Source: Rhodospirillales bacterium
Lineage (GTDB): Bacteria > Pseudomonadota > Alphaproteobacteria > Bin95
NCBI GenBank assembly: GCA_038143065.1
Contig: JAYQLI010000035.1
Coordinates: 512,001-576,000 of the forward strand
Direction of reading: 5' to 3'
DNA: 64,000 nt
This document shows positions 22,583 to 33,392 of the stretch, piece after piece (the stretch's first letter is position 1; every line of letters begins with the position of its first letter). Below the pieces are notes generated by a model, which worked only from the letters and a program-made list of their open reading frames with translations, did no database searches and had not been told where the DNA came from. Position numbers and translations under genes: made by a program.

Positions 22583-23690
22583 CTATGTGTTTGTTAAACG
22601 TAATACTTGTCTTGCTACGCTAGCCGATGCGGTGAGACCAGGCGACTCAATACCGAACAAATTGATTAATCCTGGTGTTCCGTGGTCGGAAGGACCTTGC
22701 ACTAGAAAATCTGGCTGCGGCTCGCCAGGACCATGTATTTTAGGACGTATACCAGAGTATGCTGGGACTAGAGCCCCATCCTGAAGGTCAGGATAATACG
22801 CTCGAACAGCGTCATAGAAACTATCTGCTCGAGATGGATCTACGTCATAATTTTTTCATCTATCCACTCTATATCCGGCCCAAATTTGCACTGCCCGGCT
22901 AAATCAACGGTAACGTGCACGCCAAGCGCTCCAGGTACTGGCATCGGATATACGAGACGGCTAAAAGGCTGGGCTCCTAGCAAGCTAAAGTAATTGCCTT
23001 TTGCAATAGATGCTTTTGAAATCTATCGGGTAAAACACCGTTAATACTCTTCGCAGTGGCGATGGCGTCTAAGCCGGCAGAATTCACAACGAGATTAGCA
23101 GCTAGGCTCATCGGTTCATCACCACCAACGTCTATTTCTATGCCATTATTTTCTAGCACCCGCCCACCGGTAACAGGGGAGAGGAAAGCAATCATAGCGC
23201 CAGCAGCCTCAGCATCGCCTTGATATGAAAGCATAAGAGAGTGGCTATCAATTACACCAGTTGATGGTGATAGAAGACCGGCTACACAGCGCACCGCTGG
23301 TTCTAATTTTTCCACATCTTTAGGAGACAAAAGCTCCAAGTCAGGAACTCCATTTTCAGCGGCTTTTTGCTTTAATGCATGGAGTCTTGGAATTTCACTT
23401 TCTTCCGTTGCTACTATTAGCTTTCCAAGCCGTTTGTGCGGAATGCCCCGTTCTGCACAATAATCGTAAAGGAAATGTTTCCCTTCAATACAAGCACGGG
23501 CCTTAAAACTGTCAGTTGGATAATAGATGCCGGCATGTATGACTTCACTATTGCGGGAACTCGTTTCAGAGCCAATCATATTTGCGGCCTCGAGAACAAT
23601 AACTTCTCGTCCAGCCTCGGCTAGAAACTTAGCACAAGCTAGGCCAACCACTCCTGCTCCAATAACTATGCAATCGACCCGCTCCGCCAT
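22583..23690 (-). CDS. L-2-hydroxyglutarate oxidase-like FAD oxidoreductase (LhgO/L2HGDH family); indels
   Basis: [23 protein letters not shown]; shifted frames give [37 protein letters not shown]. Confidence 0.88.
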
Positions 23691-23787
23691 TCGTACAACC
23701 TTCTTTGCAAATTATCTTAAATAGGGCATGAAAATATCTGTAAAAGATTTATCATCATCTCATAACAACAAACTAGAGGAGTAGCAG

Positions 23788-24111
23788 ATGATTTTTGATA
23801 TGCGGACGTATACCTGCAAGCCAGGTACCGTACCTGCCCATCTGAGATTATATGAAGAACATGGGTTAGCAGCACAGACAAAACATCTTGGACAACCAGT
23901 GCTTTATGGAGTGACAGAAACTGGAGCAATCAATACATATGTCCACATCTGGGCTTATGAAGACGCTGCAGATCGATCTAAACGCCGTGCAGCAATGCAG
24001 GCAGATCCGGATTGGCAAGCATTTTTAAAAATGAGTGCAGAGGCTGGATACTTACTTTCACAACAAAATCAAATTCTACAATCGGCGTCATTTTTTAAGT
24101 TTTCTCGCTGA
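23788..24111 (+). CDS. NIPSNAP family protein
   Basis: MRTYTCKPG, HIWAYED..DR..RRAAMQADPDW. Confidence 0.9.
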   Translation: MIFDMRTYTCKPGTVPAHLRLYEEHGLAAQTKHLGQPVLYGVTETGAINTYVHIWAYEDAADRSKRRAAMQADPDWQAFLKMSAEAGYLLSQQNQILQSASFFKFSR

Positions 24112-24125
24112 TTTACTGAAGAAAA

Positions 24126-24179
24126 ATGGTTGGTTACGCGGTACTTGTATTGGTATCGCGACCCAATCATATTTTTTTT
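24126..24179 (+). terminator. Probable intrinsic terminator after NIPSNAP gene
   Basis: Imperfect stem ATGGTTGGTTACGCGGTAC / GTATCGCGACCCAATCAT followed by a T8 run. Confidence 0.6.
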
Positions 24180-24356
24180 GTTTGTAAGAACAAAATTATG
24201 AAATTTCTGGAAGTAACTCAGTAGTTCGTAAATTAGGCTCTTTAGCAAGTTCCCGAAAATTTTAAAGCTACTAGGTTAGTATTTAAGTCGATCCTATTTG
24301 GAACGGCATTATTTGGACGCTATATGTAATGTGAGCAGAGGATAGAGAGTTTAAGA

Positions 24357-25046
24357 TTGGTACCTAAGACAGAAAAACTTGAACTCACCAAATCAACTTC
24401 GTCAGAAATTGATGCTTTTCTTGTTCGTGCTCAAACCAGAAAAACTGGCAGGATTATCTTTGCCCTGGATGCTACACAAAGTCGGCAACCAAGTTGGGAC
24501 AGGGCTGCTCATTTGCAAGCTGAGATGTTTCAGGCCGTTGAATCCCTTGGGAGCCTTGAGGTTCAACTCGTTTTTTATCGAGGGTTTGGAGAATGCAAGG
24601 CGAGTAATTGGACTTCCAATGCAAGTGAGCTTCGCCGCGTGATGCTTCGCGTCCAATGCATGGGAGGACTGACCCAGATTGGAAAAATATTAACAAATGC
24701 ACTTAGGCAAACAGAGCAAAGGTCTGTTTCTGCAGTGATATTTATAGGTGATGCATTTGAAGAGAATATAGATGAGGTGTGCCATAAAGCGGCTCAATTG
24801 GGGTTGCAGGGAACGCCTGCTCTGATGTTTCAAGAAGGGCAGGACCAGGTTGCAGCCCAGGCTTTTAAAGAAATAGCCCGCCTCACAAACGGTGCTTACT
24901 GTCCATTTGATAATTTGAGTGCTAATGCCCTCAAGGATCTTTTAAGTGCTGCTGCCGTGTATGCAGTAGGGGGTCTCAAAGCCCTTGATAATATGTCAGC
25001 AAAAGGCTCGGAGTCACTCCGCAGAGCCCTCCCGTCGTTAAAGTAA
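24357..25046 (+). CDS. VWA (von Willebrand A) domain protein
   Basis: IFALDATQSR (DxTxS MIDAS-like), VQLVFYRG, GLTQI, VIFIGDAFEE. Confidence 0.82.
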   Translation: MVPKTEKLELTKSTSSEIDAFLVRAQTRKTGRIIFALDATQSRQPSWDRAAHLQAEMFQAVESLGSLEVQLVFYRGFGECKASNWTSNASELRRVMLRVQCMGGLTQIGKILTNALRQTEQRSVSAVIFIGDAFEENIDEVCHKAAQLGLQGTPALMFQEGQDQVAAQAFKEIARLTNGAYCPFDNLSANALKDLLSAAAVYAVGGLKALDNMSAKGSESLRRALPSLK

Positions 25047-25050
25047 ATTT

Positions 25051-25753
25051 ATGCTTTTATGGTTTTTAATCGGCGTTGTCGCACTGGTACTCCTACTGAT
25101 TTTAGCGCGTTGGTTAGCTAACCTTCCTACGTCGCCCCTTAAACGCGTACTTAAACTGTTTTTGAGTGTGAAAATCGGGGTTGGGGCACTTCTTTTACTA
25201 TTGCGGATAGGACTGTCACCAATAATCACAGGCCTATTAGCGCTTGCTCCAGCCATCATGGGACTGTGGACCCGTTTTAGGCGCTTTAACTCGGCTAAAA
25301 AAAGAACCTCTGGGCAGTCTTCCCACGTTTCCAGTGAATGGCTTGATATGGTGCTAGACCACGATTCAGGAGGGATTACAGGCACAATTCGCAAAGGAAC
25401 CCGTATGGGTTTTAGTTTGGATGCGCTAAACAAAAGCCAGATTAATGACTTTGCGGCTGAATGCGCCTCTGACCCTGACTCGGTCCGGTTGTTAGCGGCT
25501 TACATAAAAAGCGATTTGAAAACGAATTTTCTGAAGAGCAAAGCCAAAATGATAGTGGTAAAACTAGTCGCTCATCAATCATAACTAGAGATGAAGCATT
25601 ATCTATTCTTGGTTTGCGCGATCCTGTTAGTAAAGATGAAGTTAACGCTGCATACAAAAGACTAATTTCTAAAGTGCATCCTGATGCAGGAGGCAACGCT
25701 TTTTAGCCGCTAGAGTTAATGAAGCTCGTGATATTCTCCTGAAAGGGAGGTGA
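25051..25753 (+). CDS. Membrane-anchored J-domain (DnaJ family) co-chaperone; indels near 25520 and 25700
   Basis: N-terminal TM helices, LDMVLDHDSG..G; shifted frame ITRDEALSILGL...AAYKRLISKVHPDAGG...VNEARDILL (HPD motif). Confidence 0.82.
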
Positions 25754-25806
25754 TGGTCTAACCAACGATCACAAGACCCGATGTAACAATGTAAGGGAAG
25801 TGACTG

Positions 25807-26931
25807 ATGGAAAGTACAAACCCAATATTCAGAGCTAACCGACTGAAACTTGGGGTGATGGCTTTTAATTGCTCTAACGGCTCCACAGTCACAACTGCAC
25901 CGGAAGCCTGGCCAATGACTTGGTCTGATAATGTGGCTTTAGCTCAAATGGCGGATAGGGCTGGCTTCGAAGCTCTACTGCCAGTCGGGCGCTGGAAAGG
26001 TTATGGCGGGCCATCAAATTTTAACAATAGAACTTTTGAAAGTTTTACCTGGGCTGCTGGTATTGGAGCACTAACTAAGCAAATTGCTGTTCTCTCAACA
26101 ATTCATGCGCCCCTTGTTCACCCAGTTATGGCTGCTAAACAGGCGGCAACCATTGATCATATTACGCAAGGCCGCTTTGTTTTAAATCTAGTTTGTGGTT
26201 GGTTCCGAAATGAATTTGAAATGTTTGGGGCCGAGTGGAGAGAGCATGACGTTCGCTATGAGTATGCTGCTGAGTGGTTAGATGTTTGCCGGCGATTATG
26301 GTTTGAGAGAACACCTTTTGAGTTTCAAGGAACATATTTTCAAGGCAAGGAACTTTGGAGTGAACCTAAGCCGATTCAGGGAGCTAACTTGCCTGTGATG
26401 AATGCTGGTTCATCAGATATTGGTCAACGTTTCTCCGCGGAAAATTGCGATATGAATTTTGTGATGCTTCGGCAAAGGGACGAAGCAAATGATCAAGAGC
26501 AAATAGCTAAATTGAAAAGGCTAGCCAATGCAGCTGGTCGAAAGTCTGGATGTTGGATACATGGTTATGCAGTCGTGCGTTCGACACAGGAAGAAGCTGA
26601 GGCAGCTCTAAACAGATACGTTATCGAATACGGCGATGAAGAAGCCGTTAATAATATGCTGTCTATTTTTGGGATGGAGTCTGGAACGTTAGCTCCAGAC
26701 GTTATGGACGCTTTTAAATTTCATTTTAAAGCTGGTCACGGAGGTTACCCAATCGTAGGCACACCAAAGAAAGTTGTCGACGATATGGTTAGGTTATCAG
26801 AGATGGGGGTAGATGGAATTCTGCTTTCGTGGCTGGATTACCTTGGAGAATGCAAGCAATGGATAGAAGAGGTTTTGCCGCTCATGGAAGCTGCTGGCTT
26901 GCGCTCTCCTGCTTCCTCGCATCTTTCCTGA
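25807..26931 (+). CDS. LLM-class (luciferase-like) flavin-dependent oxidoreductase
   Basis: ADRAGFEALLPVGRWKGYGG, HPVMAAKQAATIDHITQGRFVLNLVCGW, PKPIQ, NAGSS. Confidence 0.9.
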   Translation: MESTNPIFRANRLKLGVMAFNCSNGSTVTTAPEAWPMTWSDNVALAQMADRAGFEALLPVGRWKGYGGPSNFNNRTFESFTWAAGIGALTKQIAVLSTIHAPLVHPVMAAKQAATIDHITQGRFVLNLVCGWFRNEFEMFGAEWREHDVRYEYAAEWLDVCRRLWFERTPFEFQGTYFQGKELWSEPKPIQGANLPVMNAGSSDIGQRFSAENCDMNFVMLRQRDEANDQEQIAKLKRLANAAGRKSGCWIHGYAVVRSTQEEAEAALNRYVIEYGDEEAVNNMLSIFGMESGTLAPDVMDAFKFHFKAGHGGYPIVGTPKKVVDDMVRLSEMGVDGILLSWLDYLGECKQWIEEVLPLMEAAGLRSPASSHLS

Positions 26932-27764
26932 TTGTTTTAACGGCCAATTCAACTGAGGAAGTGCCCGCAAGCACCCTTTTTGGTTTGACGGTTAAGGCAG
27001 CAGATCTACCAACGCATTCCATAGGTACTTATTCTGGTGGTTGCCTAGCCGGAGGCGTCAGCATCGCCAAAAATGGACTAGGCTTTCAGACAATGCGCCC
27101 CAGTCGGAATCGAAACTGGGCCCATCCCATTTTGAAAGGCTTTATTGAGGAACTTGGCTCTGAAGTTACCAAACGGAAGTATGCTGGGCTTTTAGTTGGT
27201 GACATTTCACAACCCCGAGGCGGCCCTATGGCAGGTGGGCATTTAAGCCATCAAACCGGGCTTGATGTTGATATTTGGTTCAAACCATCTCCTAGTCACA
27301 AACTGAATATATCGGATCGCGAAGGTATGAGCGCAGATTCAGTAGTTACTGGTATTTATTGGCCATGGGTAAATACAAAATTCACCGATAGGGAGATTTG
27401 GTTGTTAAAGTTTGTCGCTGAAGATCCGCGTGTTGCTCGGGTTTTTGTTGCTGCCCCAATTAAGAAAGCATTATGTGAAAATGATAATATTAAAGAAGTC
27501 GATTGGTTGCGAAAGATTCGTCCATGGTACGGGCATACTCATCACTTCCATGTTCGGTTAACGTGCCCTTCTGATAGTACTGAATGTATTGAACAGGCTA
27601 TGCTGCCAGATGGACCGGGGTGTGGTTCGAAACTTGATTGGTGGTTGTCCTCAGAGAGAACACTTACCAAACGGGAAAAAGGTCCAACTAAATCTAAGGT
27701 AAAACTGCTGACTGATTTACCTGAAAATTGTAGTAATGTTTTGAATGCAGAGGCCGTACGCTAA
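26859..27764 (+). CDS. mepA: Penicillin-insensitive murein endopeptidase
   Basis: IGTYSGGCLAG, SRNRNWAHP, GDISQPRGGPM..GHLSHQTGLDVDIW, KIRPWYGHTHHFHVRLTCP; start codon uncertain. Confidence 0.92.
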   Translation: MDRRGFAAHGSCWLALSCFLASFLIVLTANSTEEVPASTLFGLTVKAADLPTHSIGTYSGGCLAGGVSIAKNGLGFQTMRPSRNRNWAHPILKGFIEELGSEVTKRKYAGLLVGDISQPRGGPMAGGHLSHQTGLDVDIWFKPSPSHKLNISDREGMSADSVVTGIYWPWVNTKFTDREIWLLKFVAEDPRVARVFVAAPIKKALCENDNIKEVDWLRKIRPWYGHTHHFHVRLTCPSDSTECIEQAMLPDGPGCGSKLDWWLSSERTLTKREKGPTKSKVKLLTDLPENCSNVLNAEAVR

Positions 27765-27835
27765 CATCGCTTTGCGGATAGCTGCAAACATGGTCTAAGC
27801 ATTCACCAAACTATTGTTCACTCGGAGCAAATGCC

Positions 27836-29152
27836 ATGCGCCTGACGCGCTATTTTATGCCTACTTTGAAAGAAACGCCGGCCGAAGCTCAGATTATATC
27901 GCATCGTTTGATGCTTCGAGCAGGAATGGTTCGTCAGTCTGCAGCTGGAATATATTCTTGGCTGCCTCTAGGACTTCGAGTTCTCAAAAAAATAGAGCAA
28001 ATTGTCAGAGAGGAGCAAAACAGATCAGGGGCTCACGAAGTCTTGATGCCAACCATCCAGTCTGCCGACTTATGGAGGGAAAGTGGTCGATACGATGACT
28101 ACGGTAAGGAGATGCTTCGGATTAAGGACAGGCACGATCGAGATATGCTTTACGGCCCAACAAATGAGGAGCTTATAACGGACATTTTCCGGTTTTATGT
28201 AAAAAGCTACCGCGACCTGCCTCAAAATTTATATCATATTCAGTGGAAGTTTAGGGATGAAGTGAGGCCGCGTTTTGGCGTGATGCGTGGCCGAGAGTTT
28301 TTAATGAAGGACGCTTACTCGTTTGACTTAGACTACGCTGGAGCAAAGCATTCCTACAATAAAATGTTTATGGCTTATTTGGCCACGTTTGAACGCATGG
28401 GCTTAAAAGCAATTCCCATGAGGGCGGATACGGGACCAATTGGCGGCGATTTATCTCACGAGTTTATCATTCTAGCTGAAACTGGAGAAAGCGAAGTATT
28501 CTGCGATAAGCGATGGATGGAGGTAGACTTAGGTGGCAACGATATCAACTACGATAGTGACTTAGAACCTACAATTGCCTCACTAACTTCCCTTTATGCA
28601 GCCACTGACGAGATGCATGATCCAGATAATTGCCCAATTAGTGATAGTGATTTATTGCAGGCTCGGGGTGTAGAAGTTGGCCATATTTTCTATTTCGGCA
28701 CTAAATACTCAGAGCCGATGGGAGCTTTTGTTCAAACCGCGGAAGGAAACCAAGAAGCCGTCCATATGGGGTCATATGGAATTGGTGTTTCACGTTTGGT
28801 TGGCGGTATAATTGAGGCTAGCCACGACGATAGTGGAATTATATGGCCTGATGCAGTGGCACCTTTCGATGTCGGTTTAATAAATCTCCGTCAAGGTGAT
28901 GGAGACACTGATTCTGCTTGCAATGACATTTACGATAAATTGAATAACGCTGCCGTCGATGTGCTCTATGATGATAGGGATGAGAGGGCTGGAGCCAAAT
29001 TTGCAGACATAGACCTAATTGGACTGCCTTGGCAGATCATTGTTGGCCCTCGCGGCCTAAAAAATGGTGTGGTTGAACTTAAGCGTCGTCGCACCGGAGA
29101 AAAAATAGAAGTTTCTCTTGACGACGTCGTTGCACGAGTTGCCCCAAAGTAA
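27836..29152 (+). CDS. proS: Proline--tRNA ligase (short alphaproteobacterial type)
   Basis: [64 protein letters not shown]. Confidence 0.98.
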   Translation: MRLTRYFMPTLKETPAEAQIISHRLMLRAGMVRQSAAGIYSWLPLGLRVLKKIEQIVREEQNRSGAHEVLMPTIQSADLWRESGRYDDYGKEMLRIKDRHDRDMLYGPTNEELITDIFRFYVKSYRDLPQNLYHIQWKFRDEVRPRFGVMRGREFLMKDAYSFDLDYAGAKHSYNKMFMAYLATFERMGLKAIPMRADTGPIGGDLSHEFIILAETGESEVFCDKRWMEVDLGGNDINYDSDLEPTIASLTSLYAATDEMHDPDNCPISDSDLLQARGVEVGHIFYFGTKYSEPMGAFVQTAEGNQEAVHMGSYGIGVSRLVGGIIEASHDDSGIIWPDAVAPFDVGLINLRQGDGDTDSACNDIYDKLNNAAVDVLYDDRDERAGAKFADIDLIGLPWQIIVGPRGLKNGVVELKRRRTGEKIEVSLDDVVARVAPK

Positions 29153-30396
29153 TGATTACCGGCTTTGAACGTATGGTTGCTGGGCGGTATCTTCAAAGCC
29201 GCGGTCGAGAGAATTTCATTTCTGTTGTAGCTTGGTTTTCCTTGATTGGTATCGCGCTTGGGGTGGCGACACTCATCATTGTAATGTCAGTGATGAATGG
29301 TTTTAGGGAGCAGCTTTTAAATCGAATTCTTGGAGTAAATGGTCACCTTCAAGTTATGTAGATCGGAGAGCCCATTAAAAATTTTGGCGACATGGAAATT
29401 CAAATTAAAAATATAGGGGGTGTGACGCGCGCTGCTGCCGTTGTGGAGAGCCAGGCAATGGTGACACATGAGGGTTCTGCGCAGGGTGCATTAGTGCGCG
29501 GCTTATCTATATCCGGGCTAAATACTCTTAAGTCTATTAAAGAGGGCATTGCGGCGGGTAAGATTGATGACTTTGAGGGCAGGGGTGTTGCAGTTATAGG
29601 ACACCGTATGGCTTCCCGATTAGGGGTTGATATTGGAGATCCTATTACGCTGATTTCATCTGCCCGCGGGGTTACCCCTTTTGGAGCTGTTCCCCTACAA
29701 AAAAGCTTCAAAGTAATCGCTGTCTTTGATGTGGGTATGTACGAGTATGACTCGACATTTATCTACATTCCGTTGCGTGATGCGCGCGCATTATTTCAAA
29801 CTGGCGATGGTGTTTCATTTATAGAAGCAATGGTTAAAAATCCTGAAAAGCTCAATCCAATCAAACAGGAAATTCTAAAGAGTTTATCCGGTCAATTCAG
29901 GGTTTTTGATTGGAGGGATACAAACCAAACTTTTGTGAATGCGCTGAACGTTGAGCGCAATGTAATGTTCCTTATTCTGACGCTCATAATTCTTGTAGCT
30001 GCATTCAACATCGTCTCCAGTCTTGTGATGTTGGTAAAGGATAAAACTCGCGATATTGCAGTTATGAGAACCATGGGAGCTACAAGAGGAATGATAATGC
30101 GATCATTTCTCATTACAGGCTCTACGATTGGCGTTGTTGGTACGCTTTGTGGATTTGCCCTAGGGCTTGGGTTTGCTTCAAATATTGAAGAAATCCGCAC
30201 TCTCCTAGAGAAATTATCTGGAGCACGGTTATTTCAAGCAGAAATATACTTTCTGTCAAAGCTACCGGCGAAGGTTGATAGCTTTGAAGTTGCGCTAGTT
30301 ATGGTGATGGCGCTGTCATTATCTTTTCTGGCTAGTTTGTATCCAGCATGGCGAGCTTCTAGAGCTGAACCGGCCCATGCGCTGAGGTATGAATGA
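29152..30396 (+). CDS. lolE: Lipoprotein-releasing ABC transporter permease LolC/E; in-frame TAG at 29359-29361
   Basis: GIALGVATLIIVMSVMNGF, LIILVAAFNIVSSLVMLVKDK, LYPAWRA; the two track ORFs share a frame and are separated only by one TAG. Confidence 0.92.
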
Positions 30397-31067
30397 GAGA
30401 GAGAATTCTTAATCTGCGTGGCGTCGAAAAATCCTATCGACAAGGGAACACGCGGCTGGAGGTTTTAAGAGGGCTAAATCTTGAGGTTTTAGCCGGGGAG
30501 ACAGTCGCTCTTATGGCACCTTCTGGCGCTGGGAAGACCACATTACTTCAGATTGCTGGGTTACTGGATCGGCCAGATTCCGGCGTAGTTTATATCGGTT
30601 CTGAGAGAGCTTCGGACTTACCCGATGCTGGCCGTAGTCGCCTGCGTTCAAACTACATTGGATTTGTATTTCAATCGCATCGCCTCCTGCCAGAATTTAC
30701 TGCGGAGGAAAACGTGGTATTGCCTCAACGTATCCTTGGTAGAAGTAAGACAGAAGCAAAAAATAGAGCGCGAGAATTGCTGGAGAAAATGGGCCTAAAA
30801 GAGCGAATGGCTCACCATCCATCGGCTTTATCCGGTGGCGAACAGCAGCGAGTAGCCATAGCCCGGTCTTTAGCAAATCGACCCAGGCTTATTCTCGCAG
30901 ACGAACCCACGGGTAACCTAGATGGTGATACTGCGTGGCATGTTTTAGACGTTTTAATGCAGCAGGTCAGTGAGAATGGACTGGCAGTTCTTATAGCAAC
31001 CCATAACCCAGAGCTCGCAGCTCGATTGGACCGAACTGTTCGTTTGAGCAATGGGACGGCGAGCTAA
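30393..31067 (+). CDS. lolD: Lipoprotein-releasing ABC transporter ATPase
   Basis: APSGAGKT, LSGGEQQRVAIAR, LADEPTGNLD; follows lolC/E. Confidence 0.93.
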   Translation: MRERILNLRGVEKSYRQGNTRLEVLRGLNLEVLAGETVALMAPSGAGKTTLLQIAGLLDRPDSGVVYIGSERASDLPDAGRSRLRSNYIGFVFQSHRLLPEFTAEENVVLPQRILGRSKTEAKNRARELLEKMGLKERMAHHPSALSGGEQQRVAIARSLANRPRLILADEPTGNLDGDTAWHVLDVLMQQVSENGLAVLIATHNPELAARLDRTVRLSNGTAS

Positions 31068-31166
31068 ATAAAACTATTGGGTAGACGAGTAGGTCTTACA
31101 AATCACGGTCAGCATAGACTAAAACGTTTCCGTCAACGCCAAGAATTTACCCCTTAAAATAATCAT

Positions 31167-31206
31167 AAAAAAACCGCCGGGAAGGAACCTCCGCCGGCGG
31201 TTTCTT
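31167..31206. terminator. Bidirectional intrinsic terminator between lolD and dctM
   Basis: A7 run, stem AAACCGCCGG / CCGGCGGTTT, between convergent genes. Confidence 0.8.
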
Positions 31207-31224
31207 GTTCTCTATGATCAGCGC

Positions 31225-32559
31225 TTACCCAGGTGCACCTGGCATCATTGTGTTCGGTAAGTAGAGCACAATGCCTGGGAATATGATCAAAAACGCAACT
31301 GTAATTAAATCAGCAACGACAAATGGCCATATGCCCTTAAACACCTCTGATAGAGGTATGTCTGGTCTGACCCCGTTAACAACGAAACAGTTTAGACCAA
31401 TGGGCGGCGTTACGAGCCCCACTTCAATCATTTTGACCAAGATGATGCCGAACCAAATTGGATCGAAACCAAGAGCCAAAATTGCTGGGTAGACGACGGG
31501 CAGGGTCAGCAGAAGCATTCCAATCCCGTCCATAAACATCCCAAGTAAGATGTAAACGCCTAGGATACAAAGGAAGATAACCATCCTTGGAACATCAAGA
31601 TTTGCTATCCAGTCAGCGAAAGCGCCTGGTAGACCAGTAAAGCCCAGGAAACGCACATAAATTAAAACCCCCCAAATGATCGTAAAGATCATCACAGTGA
31701 TCTTGGAGGTTTCCATCAGTGCATCGCCCAGATCCTTCCTCGTCATCCCCTGGCCGGTAAAGACGCGACGCAAAAGAGCTAAGATAAAGATTACAGCTGC
31801 ACCAGCCGCGCCGGTTTCAGTTGGAGTAATCCAGCCGGTGTATATTCCACCTAGAATAATGGCTATGACCAATACAATTGGCATGGCGCCTGGTGTTGCT
31901 TTTGCGCGTTCACTCCAAGTTATGCCTTTAATAGGAGCACCTAGCTGCGGCCATTTCCAGCAACGTAAGACGATAACACCGCCATAAACAACCGCTGAAA
32001 TTGCTCCTGGAATAAAGCCTGCTAACAACAGTGCACCAACTGACTCCTCAACGATAATGGCGTAGATGACGAGGATCGCCGAGGGTGGAATCAAGGATGC
32101 GAGAGTTCCACCAGCCGCAACAACGCCTGCGGCCAGCCTTCCGTCGTATCCATGCTTTAACATTTCAGGAATTGCTACTCGGCTGAAAACTGCAGCGGTA
32201 GCAGTAGATGCTCCTGATACAGCAGCAAAACCTGCAGTAGCAAAAACGGTTGCTACAGCCAAACCTCCTGGTAAGAACCCAAACCATGCCCTAGCTGCCG
32301 CAAAGGCTCCCTGGGTCAGGCCAGCAAAATATGCCAGGAAACCGATGAGAATGAACATTGGCAATACTGATAAAGAGTAGTGACTTACTTCAGAGTAGGC
32401 TAAAGCAGCAGCTAGCCCTGATCCAGATTCCCAGCCACGGATTGCCCAAAGGCCTACAAGACCAATTACACCAGAGGCGTAACCAATCCGAACACCACAA
32501 AGCACTAACACCATGGTCGCTGCCACGGAGATTAAACCGGCGTCATATGCGTCGATCAT
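31225..32559 (-). CDS. dctM: TRAP transporter large permease
   Basis: Many TM helices; GGLAVAT, GTLASLIPPS, TPTE, GLVTPPIGLN. Confidence 0.95.
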   Translation of the reverse strand: MIDAYDAGLISVAATMVLVLCGVRIGYASGVIGLVGLWAIRGWESGSGLAAALAYSEVSHYSLSVLPMFILIGFLAYFAGLTQGAFAAARAWFGFLPGGLAVATVFATAGFAAVSGASTATAAVFSRVAIPEMLKHGYDGRLAAGVVAAGGTLASLIPPSAILVIYAIIVEESVGALLLAGFIPGAISAVVYGGVIVLRCWKWPQLGAPIKGITWSERAKATPGAMPIVLVIAIILGGIYTGWITPTETGAAGAAVIFILALLRRVFTGQGMTRKDLGDALMETSKITVMIFTIIWGVLIYVRFLGFTGLPGAFADWIANLDVPRMVIFLCILGVYILLGMFMDGIGMLLLTLPVVYPAILALGFDPIWFGIILVKMIEVGLVTPPIGLNCFVVNGVRPDIPLSEVFKGIWPFVVADLITVAFLIIFPGIVLYLPNTMMPGAPG

Positions 32560-32574
32560 TATTTTTACTCCTGG

Positions 32575-33258
32575 CTAGTTCTGGGCGCCGTCGCGGCGAA
32601 TATGTTCGTCCGCGTCGTGGCCCATGGCGTCTTCAATTTCTTCTCTGGCCTGCTCAGCAACATCTTTGATTACTGGAACTCCGATAGGAGTTTTGCTGGG
32701 ATCAAAGAATAGGCGTAGATAGCCCCATATATTGATTGCAAGTCGCATAGCCAATAAAGCCATGGCGATCGGAAGAATTAGTTTTGAAGGCCATGTTGGC
32801 AAGTAGATATCCATCGTACTATCACCAAGCTCATACGCCCATATAAAAACTTCGGTAAAACCTTTGTATGCGATCACGCATATGTAGAAGAAGGCAATAG
32901 AGACGGCGATTGCTTCAAGAGCCCACAAGATCCGCCCCCGTAGACGACCCATGACCAATTCCATGCGCACATGGCTGCCGTTTCGTTGGCAATAAGCTGC
33001 GCCGAGGAAGGCAAAAGTAGCCATCCCTAGCTCAACCCAATCAATCACTCCCTCTAAGGGACGACCTTCCATCAAACCAAATGTTAAATCATCTGCTTTT
33101 CGGCTAAGTACCTCTGCACACATGTAAAGCATCATGATTACAATGCAGAGTGCAGCAATTGCGTTAAATGCGTTTTCAATCCGGCTTACAAATCGATCGA
33201 CAGCACCGATCAATCCGCCTTCTCCCGGAGGCGCTGAAGTGCCAACCCCAGAAACCAT
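32575..33258 (-). CDS. dctQ: TRAP transporter small permease
   Basis: Four TM helices, FLGAAYCQRNGSHVRMEL; between dctP and dctM. Confidence 0.9.
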   Translation of the reverse strand: MVSGVGTSAPPGEGGLIGAVDRFVSRIENAFNAIAALCIVIMMLYMCAEVLSRKADDLTFGLMEGRPLEGVIDWVELGMATFAFLGAAYCQRNGSHVRMELVMGRLRGRILWALEAIAVSIAFFYICVIAYKGFTEVFIWAYELGDSTMDIYLPTWPSKLILPIAMALLAMRLAINIWGYLRLFFDPSKTPIGVPVIKDVAEQAREEIEDAMGHDADEHIRRDGAQN

Positions 33259-33335
33259 GGCCTGATAGTCCTTATGTGTAATATGTATCGTAAATAAATA
33301 GTTAATTTACGACAGAATGAGAACTGAATTCTTAC

Positions 33336-33374
33336 AAAAAACAGCGGTCCCCGAGAGTTTTGCTCGGGGACCGT
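33336..33374 (-). terminator. Hairpin terminator/stabiliser between dctP and dctQ
   Basis: Stem GCGGTCCCCGAG / CTCGGGGACCGT with a downstream U-tract on the minus strand. Confidence 0.8.
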
Positions 33375-33392
33375 GATTTAATACCGCTATAC

